NCBI GenBank assembly: GCA_000434195.1
Contig: HF994471.1
Coordinates: 26,135-90,134, forward strand
Direction: 5' to 3'
Source: Clostridium sp. CAG:780
GTDB lineage: Bacteria > Bacillota > Clostridia > TANB77 > CAG-508
DNA length: 64,000 nucleotides
The notes beneath the pieces are model-generated. The model was not told the origin of the DNA, did no database searches, and saw only the letters and a program-made list of their open reading frames with translations. Shown here one piece after another: positions 36,162-45,299 of this stretch (position 1 is its first letter; the number at the start of each line of letters is the position of its first letter). Both the position numbers and the translations under genes were made by a program.

Positions 36162-38246
36162 CTAATATTGATTTTTCATTGCTGTCATAGTATTGAATGA
36201 TGATGTCATACTTGTTAATCCTATAAATACTAGTGGAATAATTAGATATCCTACAAATAGTCCAACCATTGGCGCAAATCCTATTACTTTTCCAATTAAT
36301 CCCTTCTTTGAGATTAATCTGTCATTTGATTCTTTTCTTCTTGCTTGATAATATTCTCTTTCTGAATCTAGTTCATCAAATGCTTCTGCGATCGGTATTT
36401 TTTCTACTGCAGCTTGCATGCTTTCTATTAATCTTATAAATTCTTTGTAGTTTATTTCATCTTTCATTTGTTCTAGAGCTTCCCAAGGTCCACTCTCATA
36501 GTTGTTTACACATCTTGATATTGGCTCTCTAAATATATTTGAATATCTTTCTAGCCATTCTAATATCATTTCTACGTTTACTCTCTCTATTCTCATAAGC
36601 ATCAATATGATTGTCTGGAATTGCATTACTTCGTTTTCCATTTCCATCTTTCTCATTTTTGCCTGGAAGAATAATAGTGCTACTGGTAAATTGTATCCAA
36701 TTACTGCAAATACCATTGCTAAAATCATTTCAAACCAGCTTAAATACTCGCTATTAACTTGTCTCAATTTTTTCAAAACTCTTTCTGCCGCTGTTTTAAT
36801 TTCATCTGGTTGTGCATTTGCATAATCTTTTGATTTTTTCATTGCTTTTTCTATATCTTCTTGAGTTGTTTTTGTTTTTCCTTTAAACATGTCTAAGAAT
36901 CTATTGTCACTCGCAGTTAGCTCTTCTGCTTTTTTCAAGTCTTTTCCTGTCATTTCTCCTACTAGATTGAATGTTGATGTAGGTTCTGTGTATATGTATT
37001 CTATCTGCATTTTATGTAGGTATCCAAATATTAGTAAGGAACCTATAAATACAGTTATTGTTAATAATATTCTTCTTTCATATATCCAATGAATTTTATC
37101 TTTTGAAGCAGCATCTTTCATAAGATTCTTCATTTTTCTTCTTTCTTTTGTTCCATCTTTTGGTATGAATAAGTCTACGATTTTCTTTACTAATGGTATT
37201 TTGTATATTTTTTCTTCCCAAGGATTATCTGTTTTTGTATCAATAGTTGTTGAACCATTGTCTTTTAGTTTTCTTGTTAAAATATAACATACAAATGTTA
37301 GTATAACCAATAGTAATTGAACTATCATACCTTGTTTTCCATAGTAAAACGATTTTGTGAATGAGAATTCTTTTACTGCCCAGTTTTTTATTGGTTCCAA
37401 TGCTAGTAATGGCACAATCGCTATTACTGATAAGCTTTGGAATACATAATTTAATTTATCTCTTTTTAATATTTCTAGTTGCATCTCTTGGCTTATATTG
37501 TTTAAGTTCTTCAAGTATAAAGATGTTTTATCTACTGTTCTATCTCCAAATTCTTTCGTAAGATACGATATACCAGCAAATTCTTTTAAGAAGCTGTTTG
37601 GTGCAATGTCGTAATATTTTTCTAATTCTCCTTCCGGATCATCAGATATTAATATTTCGTATATTTTCTCTGCTTGTCTAGACATTTCTGGTGCACTATC
37701 ACCTTGTGCAACCTGATATATTGCCTCTTCAACCATGTTAAACTCGTGGTATGCATGTCTTATTTCTGCAAAGAAATCTATTTGTTGAATTAGTAGCTTA
37801 TTGTCTATTTTGTCAACCATTCCATCTACTAATGTATCTATCATAAATAATTCAAATATCAGTAAAATCGATAGCAATAGTCCATTGCTTTTTGTAATAA
37901 ATATTATTGCTAGTGTTATTGGAATTATTATCAACAATGCTTTTGTTAATATTTCCGAAGTCTGTTTTCTTGTTAAATACTCATCATCAATGTTTATTAT
38001 TTCTAGTCTTCTTCTTATTTTAAATAGATATCTTTTTATAAAAGGAGACCTCAAATATCTAACATATAGCTTTTGATATAATATCTCTTTCGAGAATTTT
38101 TGCTCCTTTGTTCCTTTTCTTAATTGTCTAATTTGTACTATGTCTGATGATTGTGTTTTCTTTTTTAATAACAAGAATGCAACTACAATACCAGCAAGTA
38201 TCACTGCTGCTCCAATCATCATGTATAATATAATATTTCCATTCAT
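36162..38246 (-). CDS. Fused TadB/TadC-like platform protein (two T2SS-F-like domains, 694 aa)
   Basis: Polytopic membrane protein with two cytoplasmic helical domains, sited next to the secretion ATPase. Its 694-aa length fits a TadB-TadC fusion. Confidence 0.5.
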   Translation of the reverse strand: MNGNIILYMMIGAAVILAGIVVAFLLLKKKTQSSDIVQIRQLRKGTKEQKFSKEILYQKLYVRYLRSPFIKRYLFKIRRRLEIINIDDEYLTRKQTSEILTKALLIIIPITLAIIFITKSNGLLLSILLIFELFMIDTLVDGMVDKIDNKLLIQQIDFFAEIRHAYHEFNMVEEAIYQVAQGDSAPEMSRQAEKIYEILISDDPEGELEKYYDIAPNSFLKEFAGISYLTKEFGDRTVDKTSLYLKNLNNISQEMQLEILKRDKLNYVFQSLSVIAIVPLLALEPIKNWAVKEFSFTKSFYYGKQGMIVQLLLVILTFVCYILTRKLKDNGSTTIDTKTDNPWEEKIYKIPLVKKIVDLFIPKDGTKERRKMKNLMKDAASKDKIHWIYERRILLTITVFIGSLLIFGYLHKMQIEYIYTEPTSTFNLVGEMTGKDLKKAEELTASDNRFLDMFKGKTKTTQEDIEKAMKKSKDYANAQPDEIKTAAERVLKKLRQVNSEYLSWFEMILAMVFAVIGYNLPVALLFFQAKMRKMEMENEVMQFQTIILMLMRIERVNVEMILEWLERYSNIFREPISRCVNNYESGPWEALEQMKDEINYKEFIRLIESMQAAVEKIPIAEAFDELDSEREYYQARRKESNDRLISKKGLIGKVIGFAPMVGLFVGYLIIPLVFIGLTSMTSSFNTMTAMKNQY

Positions 38247-38284
38247 ATTTTAGGCTTTTGCACCTCCTTTTTAGATGATGTTTA

Positions 38285-40204
38285 TTATGCTTCTTCTTTC
38301 ATCATATCAGCATCTCTATGTGCTTCAATTCCCCAATTTTTCTTAACGAATTTCTTGAACTCTTCAGCATCTGTATCATCCATGTTGTTTAGCATAGCCT
38401 TGATATTTTCTTCTGATATTGGGTTTGTTAGTACATATGTACCATCATGATATTCTAGTATATTTCTGTATTGGTATAATTCTCTGTTTGTTGTTTTTGT
38501 AAAGAACATTGTTGCATTATCCATGAATTTTTCTATTTTCTTTTCTGTTGTTTTTTCTTTTCTGTAATCAAATGTATATTCGTTTCTTTCTTCTACTGGT
38601 ATACATTCTGTTATTCTTTCTATGTATCTTCTTCCTCTGAAGTCCTTTACTAAGTGGATATCAAAGTTTAATACTTGTACAACTTGCTCTTCTGCTGTTC
38701 TTTCATCTTTGAACACTCCTGCTCTAAGCATTGAGTTTCTTAGTGCTGTAACTAAGTCTGGGAATGTTTTAGCGTGGTGAGTAAATAATGTAAATTTAGA
38801 AGCAACCTGTGCAGATTGGATCATCCAAGATGCTACGGGGTCAGTTGCAACCTCACCGATGATGTTAACAGAACCATCAGTCTTTTTCTGAACGTCCAAG
38901 CAGGCCTGTCCAGAAATTGTTTCTGTTTCACGCATTGATAATATGTTTCTTGTTGGATATATTTTTCTTAAGTGAAGCTCGAATGCAGTTTCTGTAATAC
39001 GAAGGTTCATTGTTTCGTATATGTTTTCTATCATCGCCATAAGCATTGTTGTTTTACCACAACCCTGCTCACCAGTAAGCGATATGATTCTTGCTCCTTT
39101 TACTAAGTATTTTAATAAATCTATTGTTTCGTCTTTTCCAGGGAATTTTACTATTTGTTCTAGTGTTGCTCTCTTTACGTCGAACTTTCTTACGAAAAAT
39201 GCCCATGTTTCTGACATGCTTGGTCTAACAACAACGACACGAGAACCGTCTTTCATTTCATTGATTTTGTAACCATTTGTGTCTGATAATTGTCCTGGGT
39301 TATTGAATTTGTATATATTCTGACAAACTCTCTTTAATTCTGCTTCTGTTCCAAATGACAAGAATGCAAGTCTTATTGATTTACCACGGAACATTATCCA
39401 AATACTATCACAAGCACGTGGTACTTTGTGTTCTACTATTTGTCCTAAATAATCTCCATCTGTTTGTGCTACTTGGCTTAAAAAGCTTTCTGGAAGTCCA
39501 GATACACCACCAGATATACCATCTATGTTCATGTCTCTTATTTCATCTATACTGCTATATCCTTTGTAATGTTGATATATTCTTTGTACAACTATGCTTA
39601 ATTTATCTTGGAATGTTAATGCAAAGTTTTCTTTTTCATATATATCTGAAATTTCTTCTGGCGTTATTACGTAAGAAGGTTTTGATTCTCCTGCCACATA
39701 TTTTAACTCGTCTAATTTGTATTTCTTTATTATTTCTGATAAAGCTTCATATCCGAATTCAGATTTATACATATATAGTATAATATCAAATTTATCTTGT
39801 GCTGTTAAAAGTGATGGTACATCAAAAGGAATTGCTTTTGATACATTTATCTCGTCAACTCCATATTCGTTGTAAAGCATGTCATATATTAATTCCTTAA
39901 TATATTTCTTATCATTTACATCTCCATATGTACAGCCTTTTAACGCTTTTTTCAATTCGTATTTCTTGTTCTTTCTTCTTTTTAATTCTTCTTCTGAAAG
40001 ACCTATATCATATAAATTGATTTTTGTGATTTCGTCTAATCTCTTCTTTACAAATTCTGTCATTGTGCTTAATGTGTATGTTGCATCATCTACTTGAATT
40101 TGTTCTTCAACTTCTTGGTTTTGTTTGTTTGTTATGAACTTGTGAACAATCGCAACTGCTACACCTATTACAATGGCCATTAATATTAGATTAGTTATAT
40201 TCAT
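38285..40204 (-). CDS. CpaF/TadA-like secretion ATPase (VirB11 superfamily) with an N-terminal TM anchor and a roughly 300-aa N-terminal extension
   Basis: Walker A LTGEQGCGKTT, a Walker B-like NIIGEVATDP and a His-box-like FTHHAKTFP are present. The N-terminus is MNITNLILMAIVIGVAVAIV. Confidence 0.65.
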   Translation of the reverse strand: MNITNLILMAIVIGVAVAIVHKFITNKQNQEVEEQIQVDDATYTLSTMTEFVKKRLDEITKINLYDIGLSEEELKRRKNKKYELKKALKGCTYGDVNDKKYIKELIYDMLYNEYGVDEINVSKAIPFDVPSLLTAQDKFDIILYMYKSEFGYEALSEIIKKYKLDELKYVAGESKPSYVITPEEISDIYEKENFALTFQDKLSIVVQRIYQHYKGYSSIDEIRDMNIDGISGGVSGLPESFLSQVAQTDGDYLGQIVEHKVPRACDSIWIMFRGKSIRLAFLSFGTEAELKRVCQNIYKFNNPGQLSDTNGYKINEMKDGSRVVVVRPSMSETWAFFVRKFDVKRATLEQIVKFPGKDETIDLLKYLVKGARIISLTGEQGCGKTTMLMAMIENIYETMNLRITETAFELHLRKIYPTRNILSMRETETISGQACLDVQKKTDGSVNIIGEVATDPVASWMIQSAQVASKFTLFTHHAKTFPDLVTALRNSMLRAGVFKDERTAEEQVVQVLNFDIHLVKDFRGRRYIERITECIPVEERNEYTFDYRKEKTTEKKIEKFMDNATMFFTKTTNRELYQYRNILEYHDGTYVLTNPISEENIKAMLNNMDDTDAEEFKKFVKKNWGIEAHRDADMMKEEA

Positions 40205-40228
40205 GGTATTTTCTCCTTTCGCTAAGGC

Positions 40229-41074
40229 TTATACTTTAGCTTGTAGTTCTTTTAACTTAAATAATATGTTATCACATGTCTTTTTTGCTTCTTGTATAAA
40301 TAATACATTTTTATCTGTTTGATCTGTTAAGCTTCTATATTTTAAAAAGTAATCTGCAACTTTTCCTTCTGAAGCTGCTTCGCTGAACAAAGTGTTATAT
40401 GATATTGCCGATATTGTTCTGCTTTCTTTTAAATATCTGCTTGTATTTTTTGTGTTGTATTTTGAATATCTGTCATATTTTCCTAATAATAATAATGATC
40501 GATTCATTTTAAATACTGGATTTTTTTCTCTTAGTCTATCAAATTCGTTCAACGAATCCATGCCTTGCTTAAATGTTATTACTATTGCATCCGATGCTTG
40601 AAGAATTGCTCTTTTGTGTTCTTCCTTCATTCTTTTATCTATATCTATAAAAACTATATTATAATTTTTATCAGCAATTTTAACTAGTTCAGGATAGTAC
40701 TGTGTAATTGAATCATACGCATCTCTATGAGTTGTGCTTGGTGCTACTAGTACATCCAATCTTTCTCTAAAAACTACCTTTGCATAGTCTGCAACAACGT
40801 TTGTAGATGTTCTATTGCTTTGAAGAACTTTTACCAATCCTTCTATTCCGTTGTTCATTCCGACGTCTCTGGTTCTGGTTCCTAATATATCTTTTAACGT
40901 GTCATCTTTTTCTTGTTCCCAAAAGCAATTTTCTACTGTTCTATCTTTGAACCCAGTTGCTACTTCTAATATTTTGAAGTTATGATTGATAGCCATAAGT
41001 GTTGCTATTGCTACCGAAGCCAATGTTTGGCCTGTTTCCTTTTCGCTATCACTCCAAAAAGATACTATTGCCAT
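40229..41074 (-). CDS. CpaE/TadZ-like ParA-fold protein with a degenerate Walker A (paralog 2)
   Basis: VSFWSDSEKETGQTLASVAIATLMA replaces the canonical KGGVGKTT motif, so ATP binding is doubtful. Confidence 0.4.
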   Translation of the reverse strand: MAIVSFWSDSEKETGQTLASVAIATLMAINHNFKILEVATGFKDRTVENCFWEQEKDDTLKDILGTRTRDVGMNNGIEGLVKVLQSNRTSTNVVADYAKVVFRERLDVLVAPSTTHRDAYDSITQYYPELVKIADKNYNIVFIDIDKRMKEEHKRAILQASDAIVITFKQGMDSLNEFDRLREKNPVFKMNRSLLLLGKYDRYSKYNTKNTSRYLKESRTISAISYNTLFSEAASEGKVADYFLKYRSLTDQTDKNVLFIQEAKKTCDNILFKLKELQAKV

Positions 41075-41075
41075 A

Positions 41076-41774
41076 TTACATTCCTCTTTCTAATTGTTTA
41101 AATGCTCTTTTTACAGCATTTGATCTTTCATCATGCACTATTTCTGATGCTAGATAAACGAGTGCATCTTTGTATTCTGTGCTTAATCCTTTATATTTTA
41201 TTTTTTCTGTTCTTTGGTTTTCCATTATTACTTCTTGATCACTTGTTTGTAATGGAAAATATATTTTTTCGTCTTGCCATTTTATTTTATAACCTAATGA
41301 TAGATAGTTTAGATATTCATCTTCCTCATCTGACATTATATTTGAAAAGTATATTTTCGTTAATTGTACCGGTAATTTTATTCCACTCAAAACTTCTAGT
41401 CCTTTTTTTAGTGAGAATAAATCTGCAGAAGTTACAAAATAGTTTCTATTTGCTTCATATATTCCAAAGCTCTCTATTGATTCAGCTTTATCCATGTCTA
41501 TCATTATATAGTCATATGTTAGGGCTGCCGTTTCTGGCATCCCTAAATATCTTTTTATTCCATTGTAGTCTGAAAAGCCAACAGCTACATCTATTCCTTC
41601 ATACTCTGTTACATACGACATCGTCGGGCTAATAACTGGAACAACGTATTTAGCTTTTTGATTTACAGTTGAGTCAATTATTAATACTTTTTTGCCCATC
41701 TCGACTAAAATTCTAGAAACATATATCAAGAAATCTGTTTTGTCAAATGTTCCAATAAAGCCTATTTTCTCCAT
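41076..41774 (-). CDS. CpaE/TadZ-like ParA-fold protein with a degenerate Walker A (paralog 1)
   Basis: IGFIGTFDKTDFLIYVSRILVEMGKKVLIIDST has MinD/ParA-like topology but lacks the GKT/S motif. Confidence 0.4.
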   Translation of the reverse strand: MEKIGFIGTFDKTDFLIYVSRILVEMGKKVLIIDSTVNQKAKYVVPVISPTMSYVTEYEGIDVAVGFSDYNGIKRYLGMPETAALTYDYIMIDMDKAESIESFGIYEANRNYFVTSADLFSLKKGLEVLSGIKLPVQLTKIYFSNIMSDEEDEYLNYLSLGYKIKWQDEKIYFPLQTSDQEVIMENQRTEKIKYKGLSTEYKDALVYLASEIVHDERSNAVKRAFKQLERGM

Positions 41775-41799
41775 TGTTCCCTCCGATTATTTTAATTCT

Positions 41800-42705
41800 T
41801 TAATTTCCTGCTAAAGAATCTAAGTAAGATTTTCTTTGTTCTGTTGTTGTTGATATATCTTTTGCTACTCCTGATTCAACTCCTGATGTTGCTTGATTTT
41901 CATCCACATCAGAAACTTCTGAATTTATGCTGTCTCTGATTGATCTATAGGTTTGATATCTATTGTACATTGCTGTTTTAGCTTCTTGTACAACATTTGG
42001 ATTTTGAGTTATTAAGTTGATTGTTTCTGTACTTGGTACATATGTAGGTGTTGCTTTTTCTTGTGTTCCTGGCTCTACATATTTTGCAGTATACAACATT
42101 GCACCTTTCATTTTATAAGCTTCAACTATTGCATTTGATAAAGATACTGTTTCATCTTCTGTTAATTTCATCCATATTGTATTTAAAGAATCAACACCTT
42201 CAATTTGTGGTATTTCTATTTTCTTTTTAGATATAACAATATAATCTAGTCCAGAAGGCATTCTTAGTCTTATATCAATATAATCCTCAGATGCGATTTG
42301 ACTTGATATTTTTATCATATTATATTCTTGAACTCTTAAGTCATTTGTAAGTGGACTGTCTGATTCTGTTATCATAGAATCTGTTATTATTGTTCCTTTT
42401 GTTAAATCTATTTTAGCTATTGTGTTTTCTGTTAAAGCAGATGCTTTTACTGTATTTGCTGGTGCAGCTGATTTATCTGTTGTTACAGTAGCTAATTTAC
42501 TTGCATCTATTGTATCTCCTGATTTAACATCTGTTTTTAAAGCATATGTTATAACAAGGCTTGCTTGTCTTTCTTCTTCAGCCTTCTTCATGTTTAACAT
42601 ACTGTAAAGTAAGAAAGCAACAACGATTGCCATTATTAAAAATGTTATTAATACTCCTAATATAAATGAGTTTCTCGCTTTTTTTTGCATTGGGTTTGTA
42701 GCCAT
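41800..42705 (-). CDS. CpaB/RcpC-like pilus assembly protein (N-terminal TM plus SAF-like domain); first gene of the operon
   Basis: The N-terminal anchor ILGVLITFLIMAIVVAFLLY is followed by a SAF-like region and a second beta-rich domain. AGGAGGAG ribosome-binding site. Confidence 0.4.
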   Translation of the reverse strand: MATNPMQKKARNSFILGVLITFLIMAIVVAFLLYSMLNMKKAEEERQASLVITYALKTDVKSGDTIDASKLATVTTDKSAAPANTVKASALTENTIAKIDLTKGTIITDSMITESDSPLTNDLRVQEYNMIKISSQIASEDYIDIRLRMPSGLDYIVISKKKIEIPQIEGVDSLNTIWMKLTEDETVSLSNAIVEAYKMKGAMLYTAKYVEPGTQEKATPTYVPSTETINLITQNPNVVQEAKTAMYNRYQTYRSIRDSINSEVSDVDENQATSGVESGVAKDISTTTEQRKSYLDSLAGN

Positions 42706-42739
42706 AATTTTCTCCTCCTATATGTCAATATTTTGACAA

Positions 42740-42768
42740 AATATATTACTTATTTAATTGTACAACAA
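42740..42768 (-). promoter_or_regulatory. Putative sigma-A promoter of the pilus-like operon (TTGTTG, 17-bp spacer, TATATT on the minus strand)
   Basis: The minus-strand sequence is ttTGTTGtacaattaaataagtaaTATATTttgtc, about 30 nt upstream of the ATG at 42705. Confidence 0.35.
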
Positions 42769-42769
42769 A

Positions 42770-42802
42770 ATATATTAAAAAACAACAGATATTATCTGTT
42801 GT
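42770..42802 (-). terminator. Rho-independent terminator (palindrome ACAACAGAT-aat-ATCTGTTGT plus T-run) after the upstream gene
   Basis: On the minus strand the palindrome is followed by TTTTTTAATATA. Confidence 0.7.
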
Positions 42803-42841
42803 AATTTAACTTTAACTTTTCTGTAATATTTTTGTAATACT

Positions 42842-43297
42842 TTATCTTCTATACCAATTTATTCCATTTCCATAGCCTCTGTTATTATTACTATTGCACA
42901 TGCAATTTCTGTTTCTATTGCCACATCCACAACCACTTGAGTTGTTGTTGTCATCATTATCGTCGTCATTATCATTGTTTATAATTTCGTTTGCATCTAA
43001 TGTATCTGTTCTTATACGGTTTGCCCTTATGTTATTTGCTCTTAGATTTCTTATAGTAAGTCCATCATTGTCTACAACTCTGCATATAAACTGAACAATA
43101 CTTGCTACAATAAAAGCTAAGATTGTATACACTATAGCATTTACTAAGAAAGATTCATCAAATGCAGCAAATGCTACAATTAAGTATATTGCAAAAAATG
43201 TTGCCGCTACTAACAATGGACATTTAAGTATTTTTTGGAACACTACTGCCAATATTATTGTTGCTATTGGTAAAGCAAAAAATAATAATAAATCCAT
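42842..43297 (-). CDS. Polytopic membrane protein with a C-terminal Asn/Asp-rich and Cys/Gly-rich tail (SSGCGCGNRNRNCMCNSNNNRGYGNG)
   Basis: The likely start MDLLLFFALPIATIIL is at 43297 with an AAAGGAG ribosome-binding site. There are four transmembrane helices. The tail motif resembles the tiny Cys/Gly peptides at 60377-60646. Confidence 0.45.
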   Translation of the reverse strand: MDLLLFFALPIATIILAVVFQKILKCPLLVAATFFAIYLIVAFAAFDESFLVNAIVYTILAFIVASIVQFICRVVDNDGLTIRNLRANNIRANRIRTDTLDANEIINNDNDDDNDDNNNSSGCGCGNRNRNCMCNSNNNRGYGNGINWYRR

Positions 43298-43358
43298 ACT
43301 AATTACTCCTTTTATCTTTTTTATATATAATATGGTTTTATTATTATTTATGTTACTC

Positions 43359-44096
43359 TTAGTCATATTTAACTTCTACTAGATAAAGACCATGCGCTGG
43401 AAGCGTCTTTCCTGCTCTTTGCCTATCTTTTGACTCTATTATTTCTGGTATTTCTTCTGGTCTAATTTTTCCAAGTCCTACATCTAATAGTGTTCCTGAT
43501 ATTATTCTAACCATGTTATACAAGAATCCATTTCCTGTAAGTTCTATGATTATTTTTTCTCCTTCTTGTTTTACTATCGCTTTGTAAATTGTTCTAACAC
43601 TATTTTTCGAACTAGTCCCGCTCGATTTAAAAGCCTTAAAATCGTGTTCTCCTTCAAAATACTTAGAAGCTTGTTTCATTTTTTCAACATCTAGTTTGAA
43701 TGGATATGAATATTCTAAATTTCTATATATTGCAGTTCCACATTTTGAATTGTTTATTATGTATCTATACGTTTTGTGTTTTGCATTATATCTACTGTGA
43801 AACCTCTCATCAACCTCTTCTGCCTCTTTTATCACTATGCTATTTTTCAACTGTGAATTTATTGCAAGAGGTATTTTTTCTATTGATATTTGAGAATTTG
43901 TCTTAAAATTTGCTACTTGTCCAAGTGCGTGAACTCCTGCATCAGTTCTACCTGAACCAATTAGATCAACTTCTTCTTTTGTAATATTATAAATAGCTCT
44001 TTCTATTTCTCCTTGAATATTTAGTTTATTGGGTTGCTTTTGCCATCCATTATAACATTTTCCATCATATTCTATTGTTAATTTTATATTTCTCAT
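43359..44096 (-). CDS. truA: tRNA pseudouridine(38-40) synthase TruA
   Basis: MRNIKLTIEYDGKCYNGWQKQPN and GSGRTDAGVHALGQVANF are TruA motifs. Confidence 0.9.
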   Translation of the reverse strand: MRNIKLTIEYDGKCYNGWQKQPNKLNIQGEIERAIYNITKEEVDLIGSGRTDAGVHALGQVANFKTNSQISIEKIPLAINSQLKNSIVIKEAEEVDERFHSRYNAKHKTYRYIINNSKCGTAIYRNLEYSYPFKLDVEKMKQASKYFEGEHDFKAFKSSGTSSKNSVRTIYKAIVKQEGEKIIIELTGNGFLYNMVRIISGTLLDVGLGKIRPEEIPEIIESKDRQRAGKTLPAHGLYLVEVKYD

Positions 44097-44172
44097 TTAT
44101 TTTAGAAGTTAGAAATAAAAGTTAGAAGTTGGAAGTATTCTAACTTCTATCCTCCAGCTTCTAACTTCCAAC
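44097..44172. other. Intergenic imperfect inverted-repeat element built from AGAAGTT(A/G)G units
   Basis: aagttagaagttggaag...cttctaacttccaactt can form a long imperfect hairpin between cdaA and truA. Confidence 0.4.
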
Positions 44173-45111
44173 TTAATTATTTATTTTTGTTTGTTCTTCT
44201 GTTGTTTTTTTCTCGCTTTTTATCTTTTTTATATTTTTTAATCTTTTAATTTTATTTTCTTTTTTATTCTCTAGTCTATCTGTAACTATATTTTTGATTA
44301 ATATTTTCTTCAACGCTTCTTCTTTTACATCTGCTATAAGTGTTCCATCTTTTGCTATTGAAACTTTTCCAGATTCTTCTGATACAACTATTGCTATTGC
44401 ATCATATTCCTTTGATATTCCAACAGCTGCTCTATGTCTAGTTCCTAAGTCCTTTGATATATCTGTGCTATTTGCCAGTGGTAATATACAAGCTGCTGCC
44501 ATTATTTTATTATTATTTATGATTACAGCTCCATCGTGAAGAGGTGTTTTTGGTACAAATATATTTACTAACACTTGTGGCGATATTTCGGAGTCCATTT
44601 CAATCCCAGTTGCCACTATATCACTCAAACTTATATCTCTTTGTATTACAATTAAGGCTCCTGTTTTTGTTTTTGCCATTTCTTCTACTGCAATAACTAT
44701 TTTATATATGTTCTCTCTTGTTCTTGCTTCCAAGCTTTTTTCCATTCCAAAGAAGTTTGTTAATTTATTTGTTCCTAGCTGTTCTAAAGCTCTTCTAATT
44801 TCTGGTTGGAATATCACAACTAATGCTATAACTCCAGATGGCAAGAAGGCTGTTAATACAGAGTGTACTATATTTAAGTTTAGCAATCCACTTATCCAAG
44901 TTATTAATATAAAGAATACAATTCCTTTTATAAGTTGTATTGCTCTTGATTTTTTTGCTAGTTTTAGTATTTTTACTATTATGTATATTACTATTGTTAA
45001 ATCTAATATTAGTGAAACCAACCTTATTGGATGCTGTTGCAATAGACTAAAATATTCTGATATGTTTTCTCCCCATATTGTTGCTATTTCTGTTATAAAA
45101 TTTTCTTTCAT
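44173..45111 (-). CDS. cdaA: Diadenylate cyclase CdaA (membrane-anchored DAC domain)
   Basis: N-terminal transmembrane segments are followed by DAC-domain motifs DGAVII and GTRHRAAVG. Confidence 0.85.
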   Translation of the reverse strand: MKENFITEIATIWGENISEYFSLLQQHPIRLVSLILDLTIVIYIIVKILKLAKKSRAIQLIKGIVFFILITWISGLLNLNIVHSVLTAFLPSGVIALVVIFQPEIRRALEQLGTNKLTNFFGMEKSLEARTRENIYKIVIAVEEMAKTKTGALIVIQRDISLSDIVATGIEMDSEISPQVLVNIFVPKTPLHDGAVIINNNKIMAAACILPLANSTDISKDLGTRHRAAVGISKEYDAIAIVVSEESGKVSIAKDGTLIADVKEEALKKILIKNIVTDRLENKKENKIKRLKNIKKIKSEKKTTEEQTKINN

Positions 45112-45299
45112 ATTTTATCTCTTTTCCGTTATTTTATATTAATGAACCATGTAGTATATTAGTGTTCCAGCCATAGCAACTACCATTAATATTGCAAGCA
45201 CAGCTGCCATGATTTTTACAAATATTCTTCCTGCTTCGTGTTTTTTTGACATAATTTTATACCTCCTATAAAAACTATTTATATTGTAACATTTTTTTG

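Noticed and set aside
45137-45252. Possible small membrane-protein gene upstream of cdaA with a good AGGAGG ribosome-binding site
   Set aside because: A T9 homopolymer (45239-45247) puts the ATG out of frame with the hydrophobic ORF, so only a 12-aa peptide is encoded as written. This may be a sequencing or phase-variation artefact and cannot be called.
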